Of a stretch of DNA of 64,000 nt, positions 44,828 to 57,515 are shown in pieces; positions within the stretch are counted from its first letter, which is position 1, and each line of letters begins with the position of its first letter. The notes under the pieces were generated by a model. It saw nothing but the letters and a program-made list of their open reading frames with translations, searched no databases and was not told the origin of the DNA. The position numbers and the translations under genes are program-made. The DNA lies in NCBI GenBank assembly GCA_047495785.1, contig JBLDXI010000009.1:4588001-4652000 (forward strand). The letters are read 5' to 3'. The stretch is from Lepidodermella squamata. Its lineage: Eukaryota > Animalia > Gastrotricha.

Positions 44828-47800
44828 ATGTGTCTCGTGAACATGATATCTTTTATGCTTTTAACGGCAATTGTCTTGGCTAGCTATGCTGCAAAGCCCA
44901 AACTTCTATGGCCGGTCCAGGTTTCTACGCTGGATAGGTCGAACGCCAGCGCTTATGCTTTGACTCAGTATATCAACAACGTATCAACAATTCTGGCCGA
45001 CTATGAAATCGTTGTGTATCCATTGATCAACTACTATGAAAATTCTAGTAACATAGAAGCAAGGAAGCTGTTTGACATCGAACTGCCGGAGGGAACTTAC
45101 CTGGCACCCATTTTTGTGGGACCTGATGGAGATTGCGACACATCTGCTGGCACCTACCGTGGCATCAATATGGTTATGGTAAATTATTCTTATTCTCATA
45201 CTATTACCATAGTTCATAAGTCATAAAAGCCCATAAGTCATAAGACTAATTAGGATCTCAAAATACGAGGGGCTGACAAAGGTCTCGCATTCGATTATCA
45301 AAAGGGGCGCCGGTAGAACGAACAGCTGAAAACAAGCGATAAACAACATTCATTATTAAAATCATGCATGGCAGCGAAAGTTGGACGTTAACTTCTGAGG
45401 ATGCGAGGCGACTCGTAGGCTATATGCGTTATTTGCGTAAAATATGCGGCGTAACACTCAGGGACAGGATTCGCAATGAGTTCATTAGAAATATGTGTGG
45501 TTCAGAACAATTTATGTTCAAAATTGCTAGGCGGCAACTTCGCTGGTACGGGCACGTCGCTCGCATGGACCCCGTAAGGCTGGCGAGCCAGATGCGGTAC
45601 TGGCAGCCGCCGGATGATACTTGGAGTCATAGACAACTCTATACAGATCGGAAACTAGCGATCTTCCTATAGTAAATAAATTCACACCAAAACGTGAAAA
45701 AGTGGGCACGCGACCTTCATTTTTATTCACTCATCGCCTTATCCGGCCATTGTAATTTTTCCGATTTTTAATTATTTTCTAAAATTCCCAGAGAAAATCT
45801 TTCATTTCCGACAAATTTCAAACAAATTTTCTTGAATACTAGAAGCGCTCTTCTATCGAATGAGTCCCGTCTCATGAGACGGTTTTTTTCTAACTTTTTT
45901 AAAATTATCTCCAAGTTGGTCACTTTTACGAAAAATCGCCATTTAAAGAGTCTTTCAGGACGGTAATATTTTTCATTTTAAGCCGAAAAATTCCAGGAAA
46001 AATACTATGATCTTATTCGATTTTTGCTCTATCCAAAGATATAAAACTTCTCTATCCAAGAGCGAATCAGAATTTTTTGCACATTTCCCCATCCGCCGGT
46101 GTTTCCTCCGCGCGCGCGCTCCTATTGGCTGGGCCTTGTTGCGCAACAACTGAGATAATTACAGCCTTCGTGCGCGCGCGCGCACGGATAAGAGCAAAGA
46201 CAGCTGCGCCCTGCGCTGAGTCAGCGAAATGCTTTCAAGAAAATAAAAAAGCTTAAATTAAGGCAGATTTTGTTGTCGAAAAACTTGACAAAATATGGAT
46301 TATCATGTATTTTGTTCGTATTTACCGATCTATTGAATAGAAAATAATGCGCGCGCAAATTAGAAAATTCAAATTTTAACTAACAAATTGCGAAAGCGCG
46401 CACCGATGGCACGAACTATTTTCGGTGATTTTCATCAAAATATAGCTTGAGACTCCAACCATTTGATTATTTTCGCGCTACATCGAATTGATTAAAAAAT
46501 GTTTCTTGCCCTTGAAAGTTTATGCCTTTGAAAAGTTACCGCTCATTAAAGCCGCTTATAATATAAAGTGGATGTAAAATTCCTTAGAATGATCAAAACT
46601 CAAGCGCTTCTAAAAATGTAGAAAAATTGCGAATTCACGAAAGTGACACAATATCATGATGAACCATAGTGGTGCGATTTTATTTTGCTTGGAAATATTT
46701 TTGAGCGCCCTGTCCATTTTAAGGCATCATTATTTCTCGCATATCTTCTTGATTTGCAATTTTTTCAAACTTGATACTAATTGAAAAATGTACTCTCGAT
46801 GCGCGCGCTTCACATGATATACTGGACTTGTTCAATTCGGGCTAGCTGACTTGTGGTTTTCTTGTGATTTTGCAGCGCGCGCGTAGAAAGCTGCAATTAT
46901 TTGTTGCGCAATAAATGCGCGCGCCGTGCAATTACGCGTAAATTTAACCAACCAATAGGAGCGCGCGCGTGGAGGAAACACCGGCGGATGGGGAAATGTG
47001 CGAATTTTTTTAATTTTGCGAAATTTGCATTCGCTTGATAATACTTTGAGCGAGCTAAAAATAGCTACAAAAAACCTAATAGCTATTTTTAGATTTAGCA
47101 GTATCACACAAAATCCCAATATTACAAGTCAGAAAATTTCGCGAAATTCGAAAAAATTCTGATTCGCTCAAGTTTTATATCTTTGGATAGAGCAAAAATC
47201 GAATAAGATCATAGTATTTTTCCTGGAATTTTTCGGCTTAAAATGAAAAATATTACCGTCCTGAAAGACTCTTTAAATGGCGAGCAAACGCACAGTGCGT
47301 TCGCGAGCTCAACTTTATGGAAGTAAAACCCAATCACCCCCCTCGGCAAAAATCATACTTTCTACGCTGCGCATCTGTTGAATTTACACAGCACAATGAA
47401 ATTTGCGTGGACGTAGGTGTTCAAAGTTGTACCGGATTACGGTTAGGATTTGTTTTTGTGCAAAACTCAATTTAAAATTGGAAATGCTAGCTAACATTAT
47501 TTAATCGAAAAAAATATCACATTCTCTACTTTTTCCATCTTTTGTTCCTGAAATTTGCAATTAGACCACGTCGAGCTGCTCAGGACCTTACATTGAATCG
47601 AGGCGAAGCGCATTCTTCAACAACCTGTACACTACTCTGGGAACCGTAAGCACCTACAAATACGCGTTCTTGGAGGCTATCAGAAGTCTGGGTGGCTGGA
47701 AGCAAGTTGGCATAATCTATTCGTGGTGGCTTCGTGACGTTCCCATGATAGCCGCTGAGACTTTCAAACTCTTGACTGCGAACAACATTGAAGTCAGCGC

Positions 47801-49610
47801 ATCTGTTGTGTCATACTGGTTTGCTGAATTGGAGGACGCCGATCTTCAACCTCTGCAAAAGGTCAGAATCGTTTTAATTTTCCCATATGGCGCCTACGAA
47901 TGTCAGATCTTCCTTTGCAAAGCCTATCACCATGGCATGCGCCCACCCTTGTACCATTTTATCGCCTCAATTCCGGCATGCTTAACTTGGAACCTGGACC
48001 GAGACGTGTACATTTCGGCTTTTTGTACAAGGGAAATCATCGACATCCAACTATCAGCGTTGTTTGTCATCGGTATCCCGACCAAAAATTTCGAAACTCC
48101 TGGAATTTCAAGTCTGGGAATAATTCCAGCTGATTACGACAACATGGTGCGCACGAAGATGCAAGAAGTTGGGAAGATAATTAGTATCGATAGCGTTCGC
48201 CAGGCTGACTTTGACTGTCAGATGTTGGCATTGCTCGCTTTAAACCAAACGGAAGCCATCCTCAGACAAAACTACAATCTCTCCTTAACTGATTTCAAGA
48301 ATCCAGAATACCAGGCTCTGATATACAGTGTTGCGAATCGAACCACGGCAGAAATTGATGTAGTTGGATTTCGAAATTCCAGGATAAAACGAGACGTGAA
48401 TGGAGAAATGTATCAAGACCTAGCGATAATGCAAGCTTACAAGTTGGAACCTCGTCGCGTGGGTCATCTAGCGTACAACCATGAGAAACGGTCTTATGCA
48501 TATCAACTAGATGTCAAACCAATCTGGGTTACTACAACGGGACTTCCTCCAAAAGATCTTTCTAACGTTGAACTGAGGATTGGCTACTGCGGCAGAATAA
48601 TGAGTGGCACTGTCGCTTGTTTGGCGGTATCTATGACTATGATTCAAGTCCTTCTTCTTACGACAACAGCCCGAACAAAATCAGAAACGTTTTACAAAAA
48701 CTGGAACAAGTACTTCGTTTTTATTGCCTGTATAAGCCTGAACGTATCGGCGATCTTTCTTATCATTGGTCATGATTACGCTCCTGCTACGGAATGCAGA
48801 TGGAGAATAGTAATGATACTGATAAGCTTGAGCATGTTTCATAGCCTGATCTTCAGTCAACTTTTCGTCTACAGCAAGTTTGTCCGTGTGATAACTTATC
48901 GAGTGAATAACAGAGGTATACGTTACATCAACCATCTTTCCAGATGGAAGCGATCTAGTCATGTTCGACCGACTGTTCAATCTTACGAATCAACAGGTAT
49001 TGTTATCCAACGTCGCGTTTCCATCCTTAAAAGTGATAGATATCAAAACCAACTGCAAATGTCTCAGTCTATGAGCGTGGCTTTGGCTATCAATGTCATC
49101 GGCCTATTTCTCTGGATCATCAAAGAGCCTATGCAGCTTGTTGTATTCAAAAACCTGGTAGCTTTCGACAAGGCGGCTGATACATATTTCGAACTCGATG
49201 TTATGTCTTGCAGTTCTGCGCATCTTAATTACTGGCTAGGCGCTGTTCTCGCCTTCAACTTCGGGCTAATCTCGCTGGCAAATTTGTTCTCAATTGATCT
49301 CAGGCGGCGCATCATGCCTAATGAATTTGCGCTGAGTTGCAACCTAATTAGAGCAGCGGCTGTAAACGCGCTAACGCTGCTAGCTGCTGGGGTGATTGTG
49401 CTCGCTTTGGTCGCTTCGTCAAACAAGCCATGCGTAGTGAACGCAGTACTAGCTTTCATCGAGCTCGTCTACTCTGGCCTGATGAGTTTCGTTTTGTTGC
49501 TACCTCTAACTGTGAAGGTTGAAAAACTTGACGCTGTTGCTTGCGTGGGCAATCCTAGCTCTAACAGCCAGCCATCACAAAAACCAGGTGTTTCCCCGAT
49601 CTTAAATTGA
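44828..49610 (+). CDS. GABA-B-like class C GPCR, copy A
   Basis: Exon 1 is 44828-45178 (signal peptide, INNVSTILADY). Intron is 45179-47564. Exon 2 is 47565-49610 in frame (WKQVGII, VRIVLI, 7TM). Confidence 0.87.
45364..45630 (+). mobile_element. RTE-type LINE 3' fragment in the GPCR intron
   Basis: HGSESWTL..MRYLRKICGVTLRDRIRNE..QLRWYGHVARM is typical of the RTE ORF C-terminus. Confidence 0.8.
45936..47283. mobile_element. Foldback/long-TIR element in the GPCR intron
   Basis: Long inverted arms tcgccatttaaagagtctttcaggacgg... and ...ccgtcctgaaagactctttaaatggcga, plus a second inverted pair at about 46080-46130 and 46950-47000. Confidence 0.8.
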
Positions 49611-52600
49611 ACTCATGCTTTCAACATAAGACCACAAATTAGCAAATTTGTCCATGTCACTTCAAATTTCACAAACCTTTTATCGTTTATTATATCAATA
49701 AAAGAACTAAACACTACAGAAGGAGACATTATTTAGCTTAGGATCTTGTTTACGTTGCCTATGCATGTGTGATTACGCTCATTCAACTTCGTCATACTTT
49801 CCCTGCGCTCTGTCTATTAAAAATTAGCTGGCAAACCAGAGGCTCATAAGAGAGTTGTTGCGTTCTTCAGCAGTTTCGTATCAAATTTTTCTGGATGTTG
49901 CGCGAAGAACGTTTCGTGGTGTCATATTGTGATATCGATATGTCTGAGGGCTAGACGCTTGCCTGTAAGCGAGCACCCCCTTGCACAGCCAATTAACAGC
50001 GAAGTGAAAGTAAGAGGATACTGATTGATCAGAACGAAACACAGCTCATATTTTGACCCTCCGTAGCAGTGCAAGGCGATTTTCCTAGTTTCATGAGGAA
50101 CATTCGAAGAAATGAAAGTAACGAGGGAATGGGGAAAGCATAAAAGGTGAACAGAAATTTATTTGTGAATTTCATGGAAATTTGGAGCAGCCTTAAACAA
50201 CGTATAAAACTTCACATCCCCCAAACTTAAGCAGTCAACCGCCCGGTAAACCGACTTATCGCATTTCGCTCATTATTTTAACGCGAAAGCCTTGTATTTT
50301 TCAACTCTCAAGTGCTCGATTATGGCATGGCTAATGGCACAAACTAGCGGTGGCCAGGGATCAACTATCCGCATAGAAAACGCGGATCAATTTTACCGCC
50401 TGTCGACGCATAGCTTGAAACCTACAAATATCGTTAGCGTCGTTGAATAACTCGGATTTAGGCTTGTTTACATCCGTTTCAAGGTCACGGGTGACAAGTA
50501 AAGTGCGGCTTTTTTATCTTGAAAGAGGACAAAACAAAAGGTGCCTTTTTTACTTGTCACCTATCAAATCGAAATGGATGTAAACAAGCCTAAATCCGAG
50601 TTATTCAACGACGCTAACGATATCATCTCGGAGTGTGGCTTGCCGTCAAATGCTGTTACTAGCCGTCTCCAACCGTCACAAAGCCCCCTGGAGACCCGGC
50701 AGCAAGATCATCTAAACAATTGGAATGTATACGGGTAGCCGATATTTTTATTGCGGCTTTTATCGCGGCGGTGGCCGTGCGAATCAAGTGTCTACAAGGC
50801 GTTCTTGTCCTACGCTGCTGTGGGCATCAGCATGTCTGAAGAACGCGGCCTGTTGTTCGCAATATCAACTGTACCGCCACATGTACCGCTCTTGGAGAGC
50901 CTGTATGTCAGTCCGTCTTTCGCCTCAGCCGATGCCAAGCCGGCCCTTCAATCCGTCGTCCCCAAGGTTCAAGGTTCAATCCGAACATAATCCGAACTTT
51001 ACAGCCATCAAATCAGCCAGGCAAAACAACCGAAAAGTGACAGGAAGAATATCGAACCTTACGAACGCATTCTCGTTATCGTCAGAAAATGAACACCACC
51101 CCAAAAGAATGCTTCCCTGCTGTTATATACATTAATTTCTTCACATCATCACTGAATGTCCTAGGGCTTGAGCTATAAAAAAACGTCCGTCTTTCGACTC
51201 GCGGGATTCGTCATTCGTTTCGCAAGTTCAGCCAGACCTTTATCCGATCGGGTTCGCCGATCGAGATGAGTTGTCCACGAGTCGAAAAATCTAGCCCGAC
51301 TCTTCCCGTCAGTAAATATCTCCACACCAGGTCCGACCCGTAAAAGAAAGATTCCGCGAAATTTGTATTCATCCTTCCTTCACGTTGAACATCAACTTGA
51401 CTTCAACAAAATAATCAATTTTTGAGAAAAATTAGCATAAATGAGGATACAATATACAATTTTGCTAATTGAACAGCAACTTATCTTATCATTTTACTTA
51501 CTGTAAAATTTACTTAAAACAATGGAAAATAGTGGTAAAGAAATCCATAAGGACGTACCCGACACGATGAATCCGGCCCGTGGACATCTCTGGACCAATC
51601 TATCAGCCATTCTACGGCTGACTGACCCCTCCCTAGCTGCCGTGGCCGCGGCCGCTGTCTAACCAGCAGCCGGTCCGGGGCGACACAAGCCGGGTCAGCC
51701 CAATCTTACCTTGCGACCTATTTTGAAGGACAGATTAGTTCTTAATTGTTTACGATAGGCTTCAAATTGATTCAACAATAATTCCTATCGATTCTGTATA
51801 CATATAACACTCTAATAGGATTGAGCCATGAAGAAATTAAATTGATACTTGGAATGTTCAATAAGGACCTTGAGGAACTCGGCTCGAAAATGAGTACCAA
51901 TAACAGTAAAACCCAATATTTATTTATTTATTTATTTAAAGAGCCATAACGCCCAGAAGAGGACAGCTCAGACAAGTGATCAATAGAAAAGTAAAGACAA
52001 CAACAAAATTGAAAATCGGAATAGCATAAATAGTAGACTGATCGGGATCACTATCGAAATCAATGCAATGATCAACATAACATGAAAAATATGAAAATAT
52101 ATGAATATTCAACAATCAGAGCAGAGCGGCATTAATGTTGTAGTAGTGTAGATAAGCCGCTTGGCGACACGCCTTCGCTGACTCCGCTTCGTGAACGCTC
52201 GAAGGCATTTGATTCCACAAGTGCGGGCCACGGTACGACATGCTTAGTTGGCCTCGCTCGGATGTGTAGGTCGGTTTTAACATGGGTTCGAAATTACGGC
52301 AGCTGTAGCCGTGGCTGCGATCGTTCAGCTTAAACATCAACGTGAATTCATCCGGCGCCATCTTGTTCAGGCTCTTCCACATGAATGTACATAGGTGCAT
52401 CGCATGCTTCTGGCCGACTGTTAGCCACCCAAGTCGATGCCGCAGCGGGGCCGGATCCGCCAATGGATGAGCGCCGTATATGATTTTGATAGCTCGATCC
52501 TGCGACGATTGCAGTTTGTCGCGAGTCGATTTTGAGGCCTGTCCGAGGGTGAGGTCGCCATAATTCAGATGGCTGACGACGAGGCCATTTGTCATCATAA

Positions 52601-53114
52601 CAGCAGTTTTGCGATCGATTCCAGCGTTGACAGCTTGTTTGAGAGCAAACAGGCCTTTTCGGGCTTTGCCTTTGGCCATCTCGACGTGCTCATCGAATTG
52701 TAGCTTGTTGTCAATTTTGAAACCAAGGGTATCCATGATTTCTGACGGCTTTATCGCAACTCCTCCGATTGTGACCTTGAAATCGGGCGCTGTCGAGAGG
52801 TGTGGTTTGAGAAGCATGAATTGCGATTTTTTCCCATTTACTGCGAGGCTGTTCTGTTTTAGCCATGCGCATACCCTGTCAAGTTCCAGTTGCAGAACTG
52901 AGTGGAGTTCGTTGATGTTCTTCGATCCGTAAAAAATTGTAATGTCGTCGGCGTATTGTGCTATACCGCATCTCCTTAAAATCAAAGGCAGGTCGTTTAC
53001 ATAAATTGTAAACATGAGTGGCCCAAGGACCGATCCTTGTGGCACACCGCAATCAATTGACTCGAACGGGGATGCTTCGCCGTTGATTTTCGTGGTTTGG
53101 CGGCGATTGCTCAA

Positions 53115-54651
53115 GGGTACGTTTCTTTATTCTCAACAGATTTTGTTGAAAACAAGCCAAAAAACAGAGACCATTTCTTTATCCATTTATGTTAAAAACA
53201 ACCAGCAGTGAGCATTTCTTTATTCTGATTTTGTTAGTAGCAAAAACAATAATCAGAGGCATTTCTTTATTCGATTTTTCGCATTAACAAAATCTCGTTT
53301 ATCAAATGAAACACTCTGATTTTGTTATTACGTTAAATCAATAAAGAAATGGTTAGCTGTGTAACTGCTCTGGCGACCTGAGAAGTCAATAGAATCGGTA
53401 ATATTTAGACAGGTTTAATCAGTGTGCGAAGTAGGATCCGGGAGCTGAGGTGCTTTCTACTTGTTTTCCAGGACCAAGCCGGAGAAACCAAAGGGTCCCC
53501 CCTGTGGTTTCTTCAGCCTTCCTCTGGTTGGAGTCCCCGAGCACCCCTGTACTTCGCACCCTGGGTTTAATAATTTGGCCTTTGGCCAACTGAAATTTCA
53601 GCCGGTATTGATGAGGGTTATATGGCTCCGAACGGTTAAATTAAAACTTCAAATAGGAAATCAGCGGGAAATATTGCAAATCAGCGTCGTTAGCGTATGA
53701 TGTTGAGTGCCGCCATTTCAGCCGGGTCAAATCAGCCCGATGTGAAGCGCTTAGTCAAATCAGAACAAAAGTGTCATTTTTCAGACTAGAATGTGTTGAA
53801 AAATTTCGCGCAATATGAAGCTTTTCTTTTTGGCGACATTTTTGCAGGTGACAAATAAGCAATGCAGCCCCACTTATTATAATGCTATCACTATGGTCCG
53901 AATCTTTACTGACGGCATCGCTTGCATTAATTCCAGCTAATTCGCCTTTATTTCAGCCCCGTCAAATCAGTCCACGACGTTAAGGAGGAAATAATTTTTG
54001 GACGCTAACATTTTAATTGATCTTCCGCATTTAATCTTCTGAATTTGACGAAATTTCAGCTGGCGACAATGAAGGAATTTAGCAGAAATTTTATCAGAAT
54101 TTGATCCGAACTTGTATTAAAACTGAGATTTCGACATTCAATTAAAGCTTATCTGTCCCTTGCTGGACTGTCGCCTGCGCAAATGTCGCCGAATACCGAT
54201 TTCGCACTATTTCGCACTAGTGATATTCTCAATTTGTTACATAATCGCATCATATCAAAAAAATGCCTGCGGTTTTGTTCCTGCTGAAATGTCGCACGCC
54301 CATGAATTAATAGGTTTGATGCTTGGTATAATGAATCATCAAGCATAACTTGGAGAAAATTAACAAAAAATTAGGTCATTTTCTTTTTTTGCCTTCGCTT
54401 GGCTGGGTCTTGATGCGTAGGACTTAAAAAAATCGCTCCAAAAACGACTCGACGAGCGGTTGGTAATTTCGGGCAAAAAACACGTTTAATGAATGAAACG
54501 CCACTTGATTTTGTTAGTAGCTTTAACAATAAACCGAGTAAAGAAATGCGTCCTTGTTGAACTAATAAATTCAACAAAAATAAAGAAATGGTCTGTTTAT
54601 GGCTTGTTTTGTTAATAATTTCATCTCTGTTGGAGATAAAGAAACGTACCC
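53115..54651. mobile_element. PIF/Harbinger-like non-autonomous element inserted in the LINE RT
   Basis: TIRs gggtacgtttctttat and ataaagaaacgtaccc. 3-bp TSD caa at 53112-53114 and 54652-54654. Removal restores INYLSNRRQ. Confidence 0.85.
53420..53563. mobile_element. hAT-like MITE nested in the Harbinger-like element
   Basis: Ends cagtgtgcgaag and cttcgcaccctg. Perfect 8-bp TSD ggtttaat. Confidence 0.85.
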
Positions 54652-56996
54652 CAAGTAGTTTATCAATAGGCGAATTGACTTTTCCGTTACACCAGCGGAT
54701 CGGAGAGATTCGATAATCCCATCGTGGTGGAGCGTGTCGAAGGCTTTGGATAAGTCGATCGACACGGCTCCAACCACGTTTCCTTTGTCAAGTAGATGTC
54801 GCCAGCGTTCGGTGAACGATGCCACGCAGGTGTCAGTCGAATGGTATTGACGAAATCCGTGTTGTGCCGGTGTTAAGAATTTGATCGCTCGCAAATGATC
54901 TTTCAGCTGTGTTGCCAGGCAACGCTCGAACGTACGAGCTAGCGGTGAAGTGATCGAAATCGGCCTAAAATTCCCAACCTCAGCCTTTGATCCGGACTTA
55001 TGCAGCGGTGTGACAATAGCCGTTTTCCAATCACTGATGAAGACACCATCTCGAATGGCCAAGTTGAAGAGCGCTGTGAGATGCCGAGCAATTGAAGGCT
55101 TTGCCATCTTCACGATGCACTCGGGAATGCCGTCGAACCCGGTCGTAGCCTTGTAACTCAGTTTGTCGATCGCTTTTTCGACATCGGTGACCGAGACAGG
55201 TCGAAACGTAAACGGCGTTGAGCTTCGTTTACGTCTTGCGAAGTTCAGACAGCCTCCGAGACTTTCGGCCACGATTTTTCCTGCTTGTGAGAAGAACAGA
55301 TTAAAATTGGTGGCCTTTTGCAATGACTCATCTCTTGATAGCTGCGTCCAGACGTTGCGGTTCTGTGGCTTGGGACGGAAATCTTTGACGATTCGCCACA
55401 ATTTTCGCGGGTCGTTGCCAGCCTCCTTAACTCGTCGACGATATCCAGCACGGCGCGCCTTGTGTCGTTGTCGTTGACGTTGTCGCCGCGTGAGCGTTGG
55501 ATCAAAATGCTTCTTCTTGGCTTGGCGATTTCGCTTTTTAGCTTGTTCTTTGTCGATCAACGGGGCCACTTCGTCCATCACTGCTAGAAGCCGGAGTTTG
55601 ATTTGAGACCAGAAAGTTTCGCAATCGTCCGACTCGTTGACCGTCGTAAGTTTCTCCTGTAGTAGTTGATTGAGTCGTTCAGTATCAACACTGTTGTAGT
55701 CGCGAAATTTTGAATTTGTCGGGGGTTTTGATTTTTCCTCGCCGTCGTTATCAAGAACCAACGATGTCGCGTAGTGGTCGCTGAGACCCATGATCGTGCC
55801 AGTTTGCGCTATTTCGGCCTGAGGAATGTTGGTCCAGAAGTGATCTAGGCATTTCTCAGACGCGGGTCGGGTTACTAGTTGGGTGTAGGCTGGTCGTAGA
55901 TCGAAGTCAGCAAACACTTTAGTCATCGCGCTAGCAACATACATTAGGGTAACAAAAATATCGGCATCACGTGCCGGAATACGACGGAAGATCACGTGAC
56001 CCGGACTAAATAAATTAATTATTTGACAAATTAATAATTATTTAATTGTTTGCTGTTTTGTCGCATTCGCTGGTCTGGGAAGTTGTTGTTTTGTTGCCGT
56101 ATTTTACACATGACAATTTTTTTATTTAAATAGCAAGAAACTGCACGCGAAACCCGTCGTTCTCTCTTTCACGATCAAAATCGAGATCTTTAGGTCGTCA
56201 AAAGCGAGTGCTGAGTTGGAAACGAATAAAGAAAACTTCGAATGTCGATGGGGGTGGCGATATCGGTGGTGATGACAACACTCCAGCCAGTTCTGCTGGC
56301 GCGGCGCCCGGTTCTTCAACGGTGTCGTATCCATCGGCTCAAGGTGGAACTTCTTGCCCTTAACATCAAGCTGGTAGTTCGGTTACTTTTGCTCCCTCCT
56401 CCCCACTCCCCGCTCTGCAATGATTCAACTTTCAAATCAGACAGTTCGATCAGGACAGACACTGTAATTTTTCTGGCAGGCCAGTGGCTCTTTGATTTGT
56501 GAAACCTCATGCTATTTTGAGGCTCTGATCACCTTTGCCGTCTTCAGAATCTCCTTCTTAAGCAATGCCTTAGGAGATGCAGGTAGATGAGTACATGAAT
56601 TTTTGGTATGGAAATTATTAACCCTGCGAATAGCGTCGGACATACTGAGGCCTCAGGCTGAAGCATTGATCTACCATGTAGTTGTAATAATGTTATCTGT
56701 TGGGAAAAATTCGCATCTCGCATGCCGTAAATACCGAATTATAGGGCACTGTCCTGTATTTTTTAGATTAATTTCATTGACTGCCCTCGGTATATGCAGA
56801 AATGGGTATAAATTCTTGACATATTTCTAGCCCTGCGCCTTATTTTGGTCCTTCCTTAAAATTCGGTATTTACGATGATTGTTAAATTGCCAGCTTATAT
56901 CAATATTGGAAATTTATTTCTTATTATCATATATGAATAAAGATGTATGGTTGACTTGATGTCAAATTGATTTATATGAGTTATATTATATACGTC

Positions 56997-57515
56997 GTAA
57001 ACACATATATGTCGTAGGGGAACGCGCGTTTTTTGCAATTTTTAGGGGAACGCGCTTTCACCTAGGGGAACAGCGTGTTCATCTGAAAATGCTCGTAGGT
57101 GATCACGCGTTTTAGAGGAACACGCGCGATTTTAGCCGAACGTTTTGAAACCTAAAACCGCAGAGGAGGAGAAAGATATTATTAGAAAAGAAGGGTTAAA
57201 GTGCGCCACTAAATGCCACCCGGGCATTGAATGCATCAACCGTTAGATCCGGAGTTCAACAATTTCACTAACTACTGATTGACAGTTTTCGGTTGATCAA
57301 TTTTGATTTGAATCGCGTAAAATGTAAATAAATGTTTAGGGTTGCGCATTCATCTAGCGGAAGGCATTTGTTATTTCAATTGCATTCTCAATTGCAATAT
57401 ACCGCGGAAAGCGCGCATTTCGGAATAAAAGCGATTTCCAGCGGAACGCGCGATCCTCTAGCGGAACGCGCTTTCATCTAATGCGCGTGTTCCCCTACGA
57501 CATATATGTGTTTAC
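56997..57515. mobile_element. MITE abutting the 3' end of NLR copy B
   Basis: TIRs gtaaacacatatatgtcgtaggggaac and gttcccctacgacatatatgtgtttac, with internal ggaacgcgc repeats. Confidence 0.85.

Larger units (their letters stand above)
51917..55945 (-). mobile_element. 5'-truncated CR1/L2-type LINE (endonuclease end plus RT), interrupted
   Basis: LDH..SDH endonuclease end, NFRPISI, QHGFR, DLSKAFD, GVPQGSVLGP and YADD. (TAAA)n-like tail at about 51917-51940. Confidence 0.9.

Noticed and set aside
50300-51140. Short overlapping ORFs, possibly a decayed gene (also 56120-56600)
   Set aside because: No recognisable motif or consistent exon structure could be established by eye.
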